Counted from the stretch's first letter, positions 1 to 9,704 are shown. The stretch: DNA of 64,000 bases from Clostridia bacterium (GCA_016278615.1 JADQBM010000006.1:36206-100205), one strand, 5' to 3'. Numbers and translations are program-made. The notes: generated from the sequence alone by a model not told the origin.

Positions 1-2364
1 TCCATGATTGAATTAGATGGTTTTGAAGCAGACGATTTGATAGGAACCATCGTTAAAAGAAGTGAAGAAGCAGATATTCAAGCTACAGTCATAACTGGAG
101 ATAAAGATGCACTACAACTTGCTTCAGATTCTACACAAATTGTCATCACAAAGAAAGGCATCAGCGAATTCGAAGCATATGACAAAAATTCTTTTGTGGA
201 CAAGTATGGGATCACACCGGAACAGTTTATTGATTTAAAAGGACTCATGGGAGATGCATCCGATAATATTCCAGGGGTCCCAGGAATTGGAGAAAAAACA
301 GGGTTGGATCTCATAAAAGTTTTTGGCTCCGTCAATAATTTAATTGAAAAAATTGATGAAGTGAAAAGCGAAAGAATCCGACAAAAAATAATGGATAACA
401 TGCAATCTGCCGTTATGAGTCGACGTCTTGCAGAAATAAATACCAATGTCCCTATAGAAATCACTTTTGATGAATACGCATTTGATCAACCGGATACCCA
501 AAAACTTATCAATATCTATAATCGACTTGAATTCTATAGCCTGATTCCAAAATTAAAAAAAGCAGCCCAATTAGATCCTCCCATTGAAATGATTCAAGAT
601 GATGTTGAATCTATTCTGGTTTCAGATGAAGCTTCTTTAAAGAAAATGATTGATTCACTTTCCAAAAATCAAGAAGTGATTATTAAAGTGTTTTCAGATG
701 ACAGTCATTTGGCCACACCAAAGTTTTTGAGTTTAAGCTTACTGGCAAATCATCTTTACTATAACATTAATATTGAAGATGAAAATTTAAAAAAGATGCT
801 TAGTGAAGTTTTAAATGAATTGGATTTACATATAATAGGTCATGATATCAAAAGGGATATTTATGAGCTGTTTCATATGAATATAAGGTGCTTTCACATT
901 GAATTTGATACAGCGATTGCTCAATACTTACTTCAGCCGGAAAGAAGTCAGTATGATTTAAAGTCACTGGCTTTAGAGTATTTAAACATTGAGTTGGAGA
1001 GCGAAAAAGATTTTCTGGAGAAGAATAGTCAAATAGAGTTTTTTAATAGCCTCCACAGTCACTATGGGGAATATGGACTCAAATGGTGTAAAATCACAAA
1101 GGCCATTGCAGCGATTTTAAAAGAAAGAATGATTCAAGAGAACTTAATAGATTTGTACCATGACATTGAACTTCCTTTAGTCGAAGTGCTTGCCAGTATG
1201 GAGTACGAAGGCTTTCTCATGGATAAAGAGGAACTTACAAAGATTGGATCGAGATTAACTGGTGAAATTGAAAGTATTACAAATAAAATATATGAATTGG
1301 CGGATGAAACATTCAATATAAATTCTACAAAGCAATTGGGACCCATTTTATTTGATAAACTAAAACTTCCCGCCATTAAAAAAACAAAGACAGGTTACTC
1401 AACCAGTATAGATGTTTTAGAAAAACTTAAAGACGCACATGAGATCATTCCTTTAATTATAGAATATCGAACCCTTGCCAAATTAAAAAGCACCTATATT
1501 GATGGGCTCATCCCTTTGATTAATAAAGACACCCATAAGGTACACGCTCATTTCAATCAAACGGTGACCACAACTGGAAGAATAAGCTGCACAGAGCCCA
1601 ATCTTCAAAACATACCCATTAAACAAGAAGTTGGACGGCTACTTAGAAAAGCTTTTATTCCAGAAAAAGGCTTTGTCTTAATGGGTGCGGACTATTCACA
1701 AATTGAACTTCGTGTTTTGGCACATATATCTGAAGATGCTTCTTTGATGGAAGCATTTATGACGGATCAAGACATTCATACTCTAACGGCTTCTAAAGTT
1801 TTTAACATACCGGCCCAAGATGTCACCAGTCTTCAACGTTCACAAGCTAAAGCAGTGAATTTTGGTGTTATCTATGGCATGAGCGATTATGGTTTATCTG
1901 AGAATTTGAATATATCGAGAAAAGAAGCAGCTCAGTATATAGAAGAATATTTTAAAAAATATTTTACCGTAAAGATTTATATGGATAAGATGATAGAACT
2001 CTGCAAAAGAAATGGATATGTGAGTACCATCATGAACAGAAAACGTCATGTGCCTGAAATTGCTTCTAAAAATTTCAATATTCGTTCCTTCGGTGAAAGA
2101 TTGGCTATGAATACACCCATACAGGGTAGCGCAGCTGATATCATTAAAATTGCCATGAGGGATGTGTATTTCGCTCTAAAAAAGGAAAAAACTAAGTCTC
2201 GCCTAATTCTTCAAGTCCATGATGAGCTTATAATAGAAGTGCATCAAGATGAAGTCGAGAAAGTTAAAAAAATATTGGTAGAAAAGATGGAGAATGCTAT
2301 AAATTTAAAAGTTCCTCTTAAAGTGGATTTTCATGTGGGTCAAAATTGGTATGAATTAAAATAG
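1..2364 (+). CDS. polA: DNA polymerase I (N-terminus cut by window edge)
   Basis: Frame open from base 1; 5'-nuclease HhH GVPGIGEKTG; Pol A-family motifs DYSQIELRVLAH, QAKAVNFGVIYG, LQVHDELI. Confidence 0.95.
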   Translation, partial: SMIELDGFEADDLIGTIVKRSEEADIQATVITGDKDALQLASDSTQIVITKKGISEFEAYDKNSFVDKYGITPEQFIDLKGLMGDASDNIPGVPGIGEKTGLDLIKVFGSVNNLIEKIDEVKSERIRQKIMDNMQSAVMSRRLAEINTNVPIEITFDEYAFDQPDTQKLINIYNRLEFYSLIPKLKKAAQLDPPIEMIQDDVESILVSDEASLKKMIDSLSKNQEVIIKVFSDDSHLATPKFLSLSLLANHLYYNINIEDENLKKMLSEVLNELDLHIIGHDIKRDIYELFHMNIRCFHIEFDTAIAQYLLQPERSQYDLKSLALEYLNIELESEKDFLEKNSQIEFFNSLHSHYGEYGLKWCKITKAIAAILKERMIQENLIDLYHDIELPLVEVLASMEYEGFLMDKEELTKIGSRLTGEIESITNKIYELADETFNINSTKQLGPILFDKLKLPAIKKTKTGYSTSIDVLEKLKDAHEIIPLIIEYRTLAKLKSTYIDGLIPLINKDTHKVHAHFNQTVTTTGRISCTEPNLQNIPIKQEVGRLLRKAFIPEKGFVLMGADYSQIELRVLAHISEDASLMEAFMTDQDIHTLTASKVFNIPAQDVTSLQRSQAKAVNFGVIYGMSDYGLSENLNISRKEAAQYIEEYFKKYFTVKIYMDKMIELCKRNGYVSTIMNRKRHVPEIASKNFNIRSFGERLAMNTPIQGSAADIIKIAMRDVYFALKKEKTKSRLILQVHDELIIEVHQDEVEKVKKILVEKMENAINLKVPLKVDFHVGQNWYELK

Positions 2365-2373
2365 GGGTAAAAT

Positions 2374-2982
2374 ATGAAAGTAATCGGTTTAACAGGAGGT
2401 ATTGGTTCAGGAAAAACTTCTGCATCCAACTATCTTGAAAAAAAAGGAATAACGGTCATTGATGCCGATAAAATTTCCAGAGAAATCGTTGAACCTGGCA
2501 AAGCGGCATTAAATGAAATTGTTCTTTGTTTTGGCAACGAAATATTGAATGAAGATGGTACTTTGAATCGAAAAGCATTGGGAGATATTATCTTTCATGA
2601 TAAAGAAAAGCGCGCTACCCTTAATAAAATCATGCATTCAAAAGTTCTTCTTGAAATTAAGCATCAGTTAAAAGAGCTTAGAGAAAAGATCGTAGTAGTA
2701 GATGCCCCTTTATTAATTGAAACAGGTATTGACCAAATGATGGATGAAATATGGGTTCTAAATGTCCATGAGAAGGTTCAAATTCATCGAATAAAAAAGA
2801 GAGACAAGTTGTCTGATGCTGAGATAGAAGCACGCATGAAAGCCCAATTACTTCCAGCTGAAAGAAACAAGTTTGCAGATGTTATATTAGATAACTCTGG
2901 GGACCTCAAAGATTTATATAAACAAATAGATGAAGCACTAATAAAGATAGATAAAAGATATAAGATAAGAGATAAGAGATAA
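2374..2982 (+). CDS. coaE: dephospho-CoA kinase; last ~12 codons (IDKRYKIRDKR) lie inside the AGATAAN repeat tract
   Basis: N-terminal P-loop GLTGGIGSGKT, ~200 aa, canonical position directly after polA. Confidence 0.9.
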   Translation: MKVIGLTGGIGSGKTSASNYLEKKGITVIDADKISREIVEPGKAALNEIVLCFGNEILNEDGTLNRKALGDIIFHDKEKRATLNKIMHSKVLLEIKHQLKELREKIVVVDAPLLIETGIDQMMDEIWVLNVHEKVQIHRIKKRDKLSDAEIEARMKAQLLPAERNKFADVILDNSGDLKDLYKQIDEALIKIDKRYKIRDKR

Positions 2983-3168
2983 TTTATTAAAGATAGATAA
3001 AAGATAATAGATAACAGATAATAGTTGAGGAAGGATTTTGTTGCACAAAATCTCAATTTAACATCATTTAAAATCATTTAACATAATGATAGTTTTGTAT
3101 AACAAAACTCACCATAACTGTTATCTATTATCTGTTATCTGTCATCTATTATCTGTTATCTCTTATCT
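2945..3168. repeat. E1: inverted pair of heptamer-tract/hairpin repeat arms
   Basis: Left arm: AGATAAN tract 2945-3024, AGTTGAGG, hairpin GATTTTGt-tgc-aCAAAATC 3034-3052. Right arm is the reverse complement: hairpin 3091-3109, heptamers 3119-3168. Confidence 0.85.
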
Positions 3169-3191
3169 AATCTTTTAACATTGGCGGTGAA

Positions 3192-4802
3192 GTGATTTTG
3201 TATGGAAAAAAAATAATATTAGGGACTGTATTGATATTTTTAATGATCCTTATTTCAGGATGTAGGGTAGCATCTAATCCTTTAGATGAGGGTGCTGAAA
3301 TTGAAGTGGAACCGATTATTCTAAATGAAGTATCCATTCCCATGCTGAATTTCAAAACGATTAATCCTGTTATTAGCAAGGATGAATCTATATATCATCT
3401 TAATAAGCTCATATATGAAAGTCTTGTGGATTTGGATGAATCCTTGCAAGCTGTTCCTTTGCTTGCTGAAAGCTGGTCCTATGAAAACGATGGCTATGAG
3501 CTTGTTTTCAACTTGCGTACAAATGTCCAATGGCATAACGGTACGCCTTTTCATGCCAATGATGTGGTATTTACCATTGATACTTTTTTAAACAATAAGA
3601 AATATGCCCCATCACCCTATAAAGCCTACTTGGCTAATGTTAAAAAGGCAGAAATAATAGATTCCAATACTGTGAGAATAACATTTAACAACAATTATGA
3701 CAATTCTATAGAGCATTTCATTTTCCCTATCCTATCTGAGGCATATGTATCATCACTGGGAAATGTTTATGAGAAAACTTCGGGTTATCTACCAGTGGGG
3801 ACTGGTCGATATGTGATTGAAGAAATAGAAAAATTAAAATATATTAAGTTAAAGGGAAATGATCAATATTGGGGGAAAGAGAAACCTTTGAATAATCTGA
3901 CCTTTAAAATTGTTCCTTCTCCAGAAGAGTCCATTGGGTTATTAGAGATTAATGATATTCACATTGCCTACTCCCATAGTACAGATTGGGAAAAATATCT
4001 TGAGGACAAAACTCTATCCATCCATGAATATGTCTCTAATGAGTTAGAATTTATAGGCTTTAATTTTAATAATGAAATTTTAGGAGATAGAAGAATACGT
4101 CAAGCCATATGCTATGCCATTGATAGGGAAGAAATCGTTAAACATATTTATTTAGGGGCGGCAGTGACGAGTAATAGCCTTTACTTTCCTGATTATTTAG
4201 ACGATGGGAATAGTTTGTTATCGAACTATAACTACGAACCTGATGAAGCTAAGGCGCTTTTAAAGGAAGCTGGATATGAGGATAGAAATAACGATGCAAT
4301 CCTGGAAGACTTGGATGGAAATAACTTGAGTTTGAATATATTGGTTAATTCGGAAAATAAAAATAGGATGGATAGTGCAATAATAATCACTAAAAGTCTT
4401 GACAAAATTGGGATATTAGCTAATATAATATATATTGGCTTTGAAGAATATACGCAACTTATTAACAAAGGCGAATTTGATATGTATTTAGGTGGATGGC
4501 GTGTATCGCCTTTAATGGATTTTCGATTTGCGCTTCATTCAGCGTATGACAATCCTATAGGCTATAATAATGATTATTTAGATTATCTTCTTGTAGACCT
4601 TCAGAGAAATCATACGGATGAAGAAAAGAAAGCACTCCTTACAGAAGCAAAAAATATTTTAAATCAAGATTTGCCCTACTATACGCTCTTGTATAAAAAA
4701 TATGGCGCCATATCAACGAAAGAACTAATTGGCGAAATAAGAACAAACTTTTTCAACCAATATAGAGGCGCAGAAACTTGGCAAATCAAGAAAACTCCAT
4801 AA
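3192..4802 (+). CDS. family-5 (OppA/DppA-like) ABC substrate-binding lipoprotein, no adjacent permease genes
   Basis: Lipobox LISGC; LAESWSYENDGYELVFNLRTNVQWHNGTPFHANDV matches the peptide/nickel SBP signature region; GTG (3192) or TTG (3198) start. Confidence 0.8.
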   Translation: MILYGKKIILGTVLIFLMILISGCRVASNPLDEGAEIEVEPIILNEVSIPMLNFKTINPVISKDESIYHLNKLIYESLVDLDESLQAVPLLAESWSYENDGYELVFNLRTNVQWHNGTPFHANDVVFTIDTFLNNKKYAPSPYKAYLANVKKAEIIDSNTVRITFNNNYDNSIEHFIFPILSEAYVSSLGNVYEKTSGYLPVGTGRYVIEEIEKLKYIKLKGNDQYWGKEKPLNNLTFKIVPSPEESIGLLEINDIHIAYSHSTDWEKYLEDKTLSIHEYVSNELEFIGFNFNNEILGDRRIRQAICYAIDREEIVKHIYLGAAVTSNSLYFPDYLDDGNSLLSNYNYEPDEAKALLKEAGYEDRNNDAILEDLDGNNLSLNILVNSENKNRMDSAIIITKSLDKIGILANIIYIGFEEYTQLINKGEFDMYLGGWRVSPLMDFRFALHSAYDNPIGYNNDYLDYLLVDLQRNHTDEEKKALLTEAKNILNQDLPYYTLLYKKYGAISTKELIGEIRTNFFNQYRGAETWQIKKTP

Positions 4803-4805
4803 CAT

Positions 4806-4890
4806 GCGGGGGTGGCGGAATTGGCAGACGCGCACGCTTGAGGGGCGTGTGGGGTAACTCGTGCGGGTTCAAGTCCCGCCCTTCGCACCA
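4806..4890 (+). tRNA. tRNA-Leu (anticodon GAG), CCA encoded
   Basis: Acceptor GCGGGGG/CCTTCGC; anticodon stem CACGC/GCGTG with loop TTGAGGG; long variable arm; T-arm GCGGGTTCAAGTCCCGC. Confidence 0.9.
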
Positions 4891-4935
4891 ATAGTAAATT
4901 TTCTTATAGACAACACTTCAAATATTCAAAATGTA

Positions 4936-4967
4936 AAGTTATCTTCTTAAAAGAAGATAACTTTTTT
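4936..4967 (+). terminator. intrinsic terminator after tRNA-Leu
   Basis: AAGTTATCTTCTT/AAGAAGATAACTT stem followed by a T-run. Confidence 0.8.
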
Positions 4968-5006
4968 ATATAATAGGAAATATCGATTTTCTATTATATA
5001 AAAAAA

Positions 5007-5106
5007 GGGGAGTGCAGAGGGGATACTCCTTTGCCGGTTAAGGAGGGTGCAGTGCCGAAGGGAACCATTGGGTTCCCTAGCGGAGTGGCGATAGCCACTT
5101 TTTTTT
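5007..5106 (+). ncRNA. candidate structured leader or small RNA ending in an intrinsic terminator (class unknown)
   Basis: Locally GC-rich. Hairpins GGAGT..ACTCC (5009-5029), GGGAACC-attg-GGTTCCC (5060-5077), AGTGGC-gata-GCCACT plus T8 (5084-5106). Internal repeat GGAGTGCAG / GGGTGCAG. Confidence 0.3.
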
Positions 5107-5167
5107 GTGTAATAATTCCTATTCTTTTTAAATATCTATTAAAAGAAGGAATGTTTGGAGGGGGACT

Positions 5168-5824
5168 ATGAGAAGAAAATTTTATAAAAAGAACAAGAGT
5201 ACTTTTAATAAAGTTGTTGTACAGATATTAGTATGTATCATTATTGTAATAACGGTTATCGGTATAAAAAAAGCAGATGTCACTATGACCAATAAATTTT
5301 TAAGCATTGTTGATACTGCCATCAATAAAGAATACAGTATTAAAGAAATTCCATCGAAAACATTTGCTATTCTTAAAAAAATTCCTGAATTGCCTCTTCA
5401 AGTTGCAAAAAGAATTCAAAACAGAGATGAACAAATGGCGTTTTCTCCTCCAATTGACCAAGGAGAAGTCATTTCAACCTTTGGAAGCAGCTATGATTCA
5501 GTTACTGAAACAGGCAGTTTTCAAAGAGGCATTGATTATTACTCACCTAAAACAATGGATATCTATTCTATTGGAGATGGGGTGGTGACTGAAGTGGCAA
5601 ATAGTAATGTTTATGGAAATTACATAAAAATACATCATGGAGAACAGGTTTTTTCTATTTACGGAAGTTGTTCTTCTATCTATGTGAATAATGATCAAAA
5701 TATTAAAAAAGGAGATATTCTAGCATCAGTAGAGCCTTTTGGAGATGATCCCACCTATTTCCATTTTGAATTATGGGTAAATGGGGAAATCGTTGATCCA
5801 GAAGAATTTATTGATTTTAATTAA
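5168..5824 (+). CDS. M23/LytM-domain peptidase with N-terminal membrane anchor, in the SpoIVFA position
   Basis: GIDY..., IHHGEQVFSIYG, HFELWVNGEIVDP LytM-type motifs; directly upstream of the spoIVFB-like gene. Confidence 0.7.
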   Translation: MRRKFYKKNKSTFNKVVVQILVCIIIVITVIGIKKADVTMTNKFLSIVDTAINKEYSIKEIPSKTFAILKKIPELPLQVAKRIQNRDEQMAFSPPIDQGEVISTFGSSYDSVTETGSFQRGIDYYSPKTMDIYSIGDGVVTEVANSNVYGNYIKIHHGEQVFSIYGSCSSIYVNNDQNIKKGDILASVEPFGDDPTYFHFELWVNGEIVDPEEFIDFN

Positions 5825-5828
5825 TAGG

Positions 5829-6704
5829 ATGTTTACATTTAAAATTCCTAAGACCAAAATTGAATTGAATTATGTTTTGGTTTTTGTACTCATTATTTTC
5901 ATCCTTTATGGAAATGCGAGTACTTTTTTCGTTTGCTTTTTATTTGTCTTTTTACATGAATTATCACATTATTTCACGGCACTATTATTGGGTTGTGAGA
6001 TTGAAAGAATGGAATTAAATTTATGGGGAGGGGTTTTGCATCTAAAGAACTACGTCATAAAGCCCTCTCATGAAATGCTGATTCTAATTGCAGGACCTTC
6101 TTCGAATCTATTGTTTGCATTAATCTTTAATATCTTGCCAAAATATACACAAACTAACTTCATAAAAGAGATTATTTTATTCAATGCTGTACTTGGGTTG
6201 TTTAACTTAATGCCAATTGTTCCTTTAGATGGAGGAAAAATAATAAGGCTTTATCTCACCTATTTTCTGGGATATGGAAAAGCCATAAAGATAACCCTGT
6301 TTTTTTCAAAAATATTTTCTATATTTCTTTTAATTTCAGGTATTTACTTGTTACAATATGATATATTAAACATGGTCATCTGTTTTGTTGCATTAAATAT
6401 TTATATTTCTTCAAAAAGAGAAAGCAATTTCGTTCTCTACAAAATCATGAGATATATGGATATCATTGATAGACAAATGCTTTCCAATAGGATTGTGGTA
6501 TATAAAAGCAATAAAAAAATAAAACATGCTTTAGATTCTTTTATTCCATCAAAAAAAAGAATCTTCACCATCGTAAATGATAAAGGGAAATATAGAGGTC
6601 AATTGTCGGAATCCGATTTATTGAATGGCATTTTAAAATACGGAATTTATTCGGATTTCAAGAAAATACTTGAACTAAAGAAAAGCAATAAAAAGGAGTT
6701 ATAG
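5829..6704 (+). CDS. spoIVFB: M50 site-2 metalloprotease with C-terminal CBS-like region (SpoIVFB-like)
   Basis: HELSH zinc motif, NLMPIVPLDGG motif, polytopic membrane protein. ATG at 5829 preferred over the track start at 5781, which overlaps the upstream CDS. Confidence 0.75.
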   Translation: MFTFKIPKTKIELNYVLVFVLIIFILYGNASTFFVCFLFVFLHELSHYFTALLLGCEIERMELNLWGGVLHLKNYVIKPSHEMLILIAGPSSNLLFALIFNILPKYTQTNFIKEIILFNAVLGLFNLMPIVPLDGGKIIRLYLTYFLGYGKAIKITLFFSKIFSIFLLISGIYLLQYDILNMVICFVALNIYISSKRESNFVLYKIMRYMDIIDRQMLSNRIVVYKSNKKIKHALDSFIPSKKRIFTIVNDKGKYRGQLSESDLLNGILKYGIYSDFKKILELKKSNKKEL

Positions 6705-8540
6705 ATGTCAAAATTAAATAATTTAGAAAAAATATTGCCTAAAGTTGAAAAACCAGCAAGATATATCGGAGGAGAAATCAATGCAGTTGTAAAAAAAGAT
6801 GCTGAAATAAAAGCAAGATTTGTATTTGCTTTTCCTGATATTTATGAAATTGGAATGTCTCATTTAGGCATGCAAATATTGTATCATGCACTTAATGCAG
6901 AAAATGATATCTTTTGCGAGCGCGTTTTTGCACCGGCTCAAGATATGGAATCTATTATGAGAGAGGAAAACATCCCTTTGTTTTCTTTGGAAACAAAAAC
7001 GCCACTTATGGATGCAGATATGATCGGCTTTACATTGCAGTATGAACTGAGCTATTCTAATGTTATTAATATGTTAAATTTAGCCAATATTCCATTGATG
7101 TGTGATGAAAGAAAAGAAGCTTTCCCATTTATTTGTGCAGGAGGACCTTGTGCTTTTAACCCAGAGCCTTTGGGCGAGATTATTGATTTTTTTATTTTAG
7201 GTGAAGGGGAAACAGTCAATATAGAAATAATGAAAAGGTATATTCTATGGAAGGAAACCGGCAGAACAAAGTTTGAATTTCTAAAAGAAATTTCATGTAT
7301 ACAAGGTGTTTATATTCCTTCTCTTTATAAACCGCGATATGATGAACATATGAAACTAATAGGTATGGACAAGTTATATGAATGGGCCCCAGAAAAAGTA
7401 ACGAAAAAAATTGAAGGGGACTTGGATGCTGCTTTTTTTCCAGAGAAATTTATTGTTCCTTTTATAGATATTGTTCACAATCGTGCCATGGTTGAGATTC
7501 TCAGAGGGTGTACAAGAGGCTGCAGGTTTTGTCAAGCAGGTGTTATTTATCGTCCTGTTCGAGAGCGTTCGGTAGAAAAGATTGAGGAAATAACCCATCA
7601 ATTAATTAAAAATACTGGATATGAAGAGATGTCCTTGCTTTCTCTAAGCACCAGTGATTATTCAAAGATTGAACCTTTGGTTTCATCTTTGATGGAAAAA
7701 TGCAGAAATGAAAATATATCTTTATCTTTGCCTTCACTAAGGTTAGACTCTTTTTCATTCAAGGTTTTAGATGAAGTGCAAAGTGTCAAGAAATCAGGAT
7801 TAACCTTTGCTCCTGAAGCAGGTACTCAGAGATTAAGAAATGTCATCAATAAAAGCATCACAGAAGAAGATATTTTCAATGGAGCAGAGAATGCTTTTAA
7901 ATTAGGCTGGGGAACGATAAAACTCTATTTTATGATTGGGCTCCCAACGGAAACTTATGACGACTTAGATGGTATAGTAAATATCGCAAAAAGAATCATT
8001 GATATTTACTATAAAATACAAGATAAGAAGAATAGAAAACTTAAGATAACCATTAGTACTTCTAATTTTGTTCCAAAACCTCACACTGCATTTCAATGGT
8101 TTCCCATGGATGATATGGAAACTCTATCATCCAAGCATCAGTATTTGTCCGAAAAGTTTAAAAAAATGAAGCACATTACCTTTAACTACAATGATGTGCG
8201 GACCAGCTTTTTAGAAGCAGTTTTAGCAAGAGGAGACAGAAGGGTTAACGAAGTGTTAATAAAAGCCTGGAAAAGCGGTTGCAAATTTGATGGGTGGCGA
8301 GAGCATTTTGATTTTGATAAGTGGCAGCAAGCATTTAATGATGTAGGGATTGATCCTGGCGTATTTTCATGCGAGAAATGGGACTATGATGATGTACTTC
8401 CTTGGGATCACATAGACGTGGGTGTCACCAAAGAATACCTAATTTCCGAAAATGAAAAGGCATACGAAGAAACATTTACGGATGATTGCAGAAATGGCTG
8501 CACGGACTGCGGTGTTAATAGAATATTTGAGTGTAAATAA
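6705..8540 (+). CDS. radical SAM protein with N-terminal B12-binding-like domain, function unknown (my assignment to TIGR03960 is from memory)
   Basis: CTRGCRFCQAG CxxxCxxC cluster motif, 611 aa, followed by a DUF2344-type partner. Confidence 0.8.
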   Translation: MSKLNNLEKILPKVEKPARYIGGEINAVVKKDAEIKARFVFAFPDIYEIGMSHLGMQILYHALNAENDIFCERVFAPAQDMESIMREENIPLFSLETKTPLMDADMIGFTLQYELSYSNVINMLNLANIPLMCDERKEAFPFICAGGPCAFNPEPLGEIIDFFILGEGETVNIEIMKRYILWKETGRTKFEFLKEISCIQGVYIPSLYKPRYDEHMKLIGMDKLYEWAPEKVTKKIEGDLDAAFFPEKFIVPFIDIVHNRAMVEILRGCTRGCRFCQAGVIYRPVRERSVEKIEEITHQLIKNTGYEEMSLLSLSTSDYSKIEPLVSSLMEKCRNENISLSLPSLRLDSFSFKVLDEVQSVKKSGLTFAPEAGTQRLRNVINKSITEEDIFNGAENAFKLGWGTIKLYFMIGLPTETYDDLDGIVNIAKRIIDIYYKIQDKKNRKLKITISTSNFVPKPHTAFQWFPMDDMETLSSKHQYLSEKFKKMKHITFNYNDVRTSFLEAVLARGDRRVNEVLIKAWKSGCKFDGWREHFDFDKWQQAFNDVGIDPGVFSCEKWDYDDVLPWDHIDVGVTKEYLISENEKAYEETFTDDCRNGCTDCGVNRIFECK

Positions 8541-8573
8541 AAAAACTTGTTAGGTCATGAAAAAGGTGATTAT

Positions 8574-9278
8574 ATGTATAAATATTTATTTCAATTTACT
8601 AAAACTGATTATATGAAGTTTATTTCCCACTTGGATTTGATGAGTACTTTTGAGAGAGCGTTTAGAAGGGCCGATATAAAAATTCTTTATTCTCAGGGGT
8701 TCTCACCGCATCCTAAATTGAGCATTGCACATCCTTTATCTGTAGGGATATCCAGTACCTCAGAGTACATGGAAGTGGAGATAGAGGAAAGAAAAGAGGG
8801 CTTAGAGATTCTTTCAAGGCTCAATGACGTGTTGCCTGAGGGAATCCGTATCTTAAATTGCAAAGAAATGATAGAAAAGAAAAAATCTTTAGCAGCACTT
8901 GTGGAATACGCTGCTTATGATATTTCATTCCATATCGAAGATATTGAGCAGGATGTATTAATAAAAACCATAGAGGATTTTCTATCCGAGATTGAGATTA
9001 TTGCCATAAAAAAACAAATGAAAACCCATACAATAAAACAAGTGGATATTCGACCCTTTATTGATGCCTTTGAATTAACAAAGTATTCTCAAGGAGTGGC
9101 AACTATTACTGCTATCATTAAAACAGGTAGTAATGGGAACCTAAATCCTGAATTGTTAATGCAAAGCTTTATTGAATCATCAGAGATAAAAATTGATCCC
9201 AATGAGATTAAAATAATGAGAACTGAACTTTATTTTGTCAAAGAGAACAAAAGAATTCCTTTTTCATCAATTAATTGA
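8574..9278 (+). CDS. DUF2344-like radical-SAM-associated protein
   Basis: Adjacent to and co-oriented with the radical SAM gene; AAAGGTGA RBS before ATG 8574; family assignment from memory of the FISHLDL motif. Confidence 0.65.
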   Translation: MYKYLFQFTKTDYMKFISHLDLMSTFERAFRRADIKILYSQGFSPHPKLSIAHPLSVGISSTSEYMEVEIEERKEGLEILSRLNDVLPEGIRILNCKEMIEKKKSLAALVEYAAYDISFHIEDIEQDVLIKTIEDFLSEIEIIAIKKQMKTHTIKQVDIRPFIDAFELTKYSQGVATITAIIKTGSNGNLNPELLMQSFIESSEIKIDPNEIKIMRTELYFVKENKRIPFSSIN

Positions 9279-9299
9279 CATCTGTAAAGGAATGTGATA

Positions 9300-9392
9300 A
9301 TATTTATCTTCGTAAGCCGCACGAATGAGGTTATAAAAAAACATTTAGTTTACCTGCATTTGGCGAGTATCGGGTAGAGGAGGTGCACATTA
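9300..9392 (+). promoter_or_regulatory. possible rplU (L21) leader RNA
   Basis: Two hairpins (TTCGT-aagccgc-ACGAA; TACCTG..CGGGTA) just before the rplU RBS. Ribosomal leader motifs are known at this position in Firmicutes, but the consensus was not verified. Confidence 0.25.
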
Positions 9393-9704
9393 ATGTATGC
9401 AGTCATAGAAACAGGTGGAAAACAATACAAAGTACAAGAAGGTGACGTAATATCTGTTGAAAAACTAGGACTTAGCGAAGGTGAAGCAGTTGAATTCACT
9501 AAAGTACTTATTTTTTCTGATGGAAATGAAATTAAATTCGGTACACCTGTATTAGAAAATGCTAAAGTTTTGGGCAATGTTGTAGAAAACGGAAAAGGAA
9601 AAAAAGTTATTATTTTTAAATACAAAGCCAAAAAAGATTCTAAGAAAAAACGTGGTCATAGACAGCCTTTTTCAACAGTTAAAATTGACAAAATTGAATG
9701 TTAG
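9393..9704 (+). CDS. rplU: 50S ribosomal protein L21
   Basis: MYAVIETGGKQYKVQEGD N-terminus, 103 aa, GGAGG RBS. Confidence 0.95.
   Translation: MYAVIETGGKQYKVQEGDVISVEKLGLSEGEAVEFTKVLIFSDGNEIKFGTPVLENAKVLGNVVENGKGKKVIIFKYKAKKDSKKKRGHRQPFSTVKIDKIEC

Noticed and set aside
78-464. Numerous 60-150-aa antisense ORFs in the track (e.g. 78..464, 9350..9631, 16758..17024, 19565..19873, 22012..22314, 50709..51053, 57770..58225, 62048..62305, 63715..63915)
   Set aside because: Each lies opposite a strongly supported CDS. They have biased shadow-frame composition (S/L/I/F/P-rich) and no RBS or family resemblance.
2784-3077. 97-aa minus-strand ORF over the coaE 3' end and E1
   Set aside because: Its sequence (YLLSIIFYLSLINYLLSLILYLLSIF) is simply the translated heptamer repeat, antisense to coaE.
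5007-5106. c-di-AMP (ydaO-type) riboswitch upstream of a cell-wall peptidase gene
   Set aside because: The context is suggestive, but the conserved ydaO blocks I remember (GGGGACCCA, GGUGAAUC, CCGAACCC-type) are absent and the element is shorter than typical. The class is left unassigned.
5307-5588. Same-strand alternative-frame ORFs inside real genes (5307..5588, 3382..3591, 32052..32264)
   Set aside because: They lie fully within well-supported CDSs in another frame, with no RBS and no recognisable domains.
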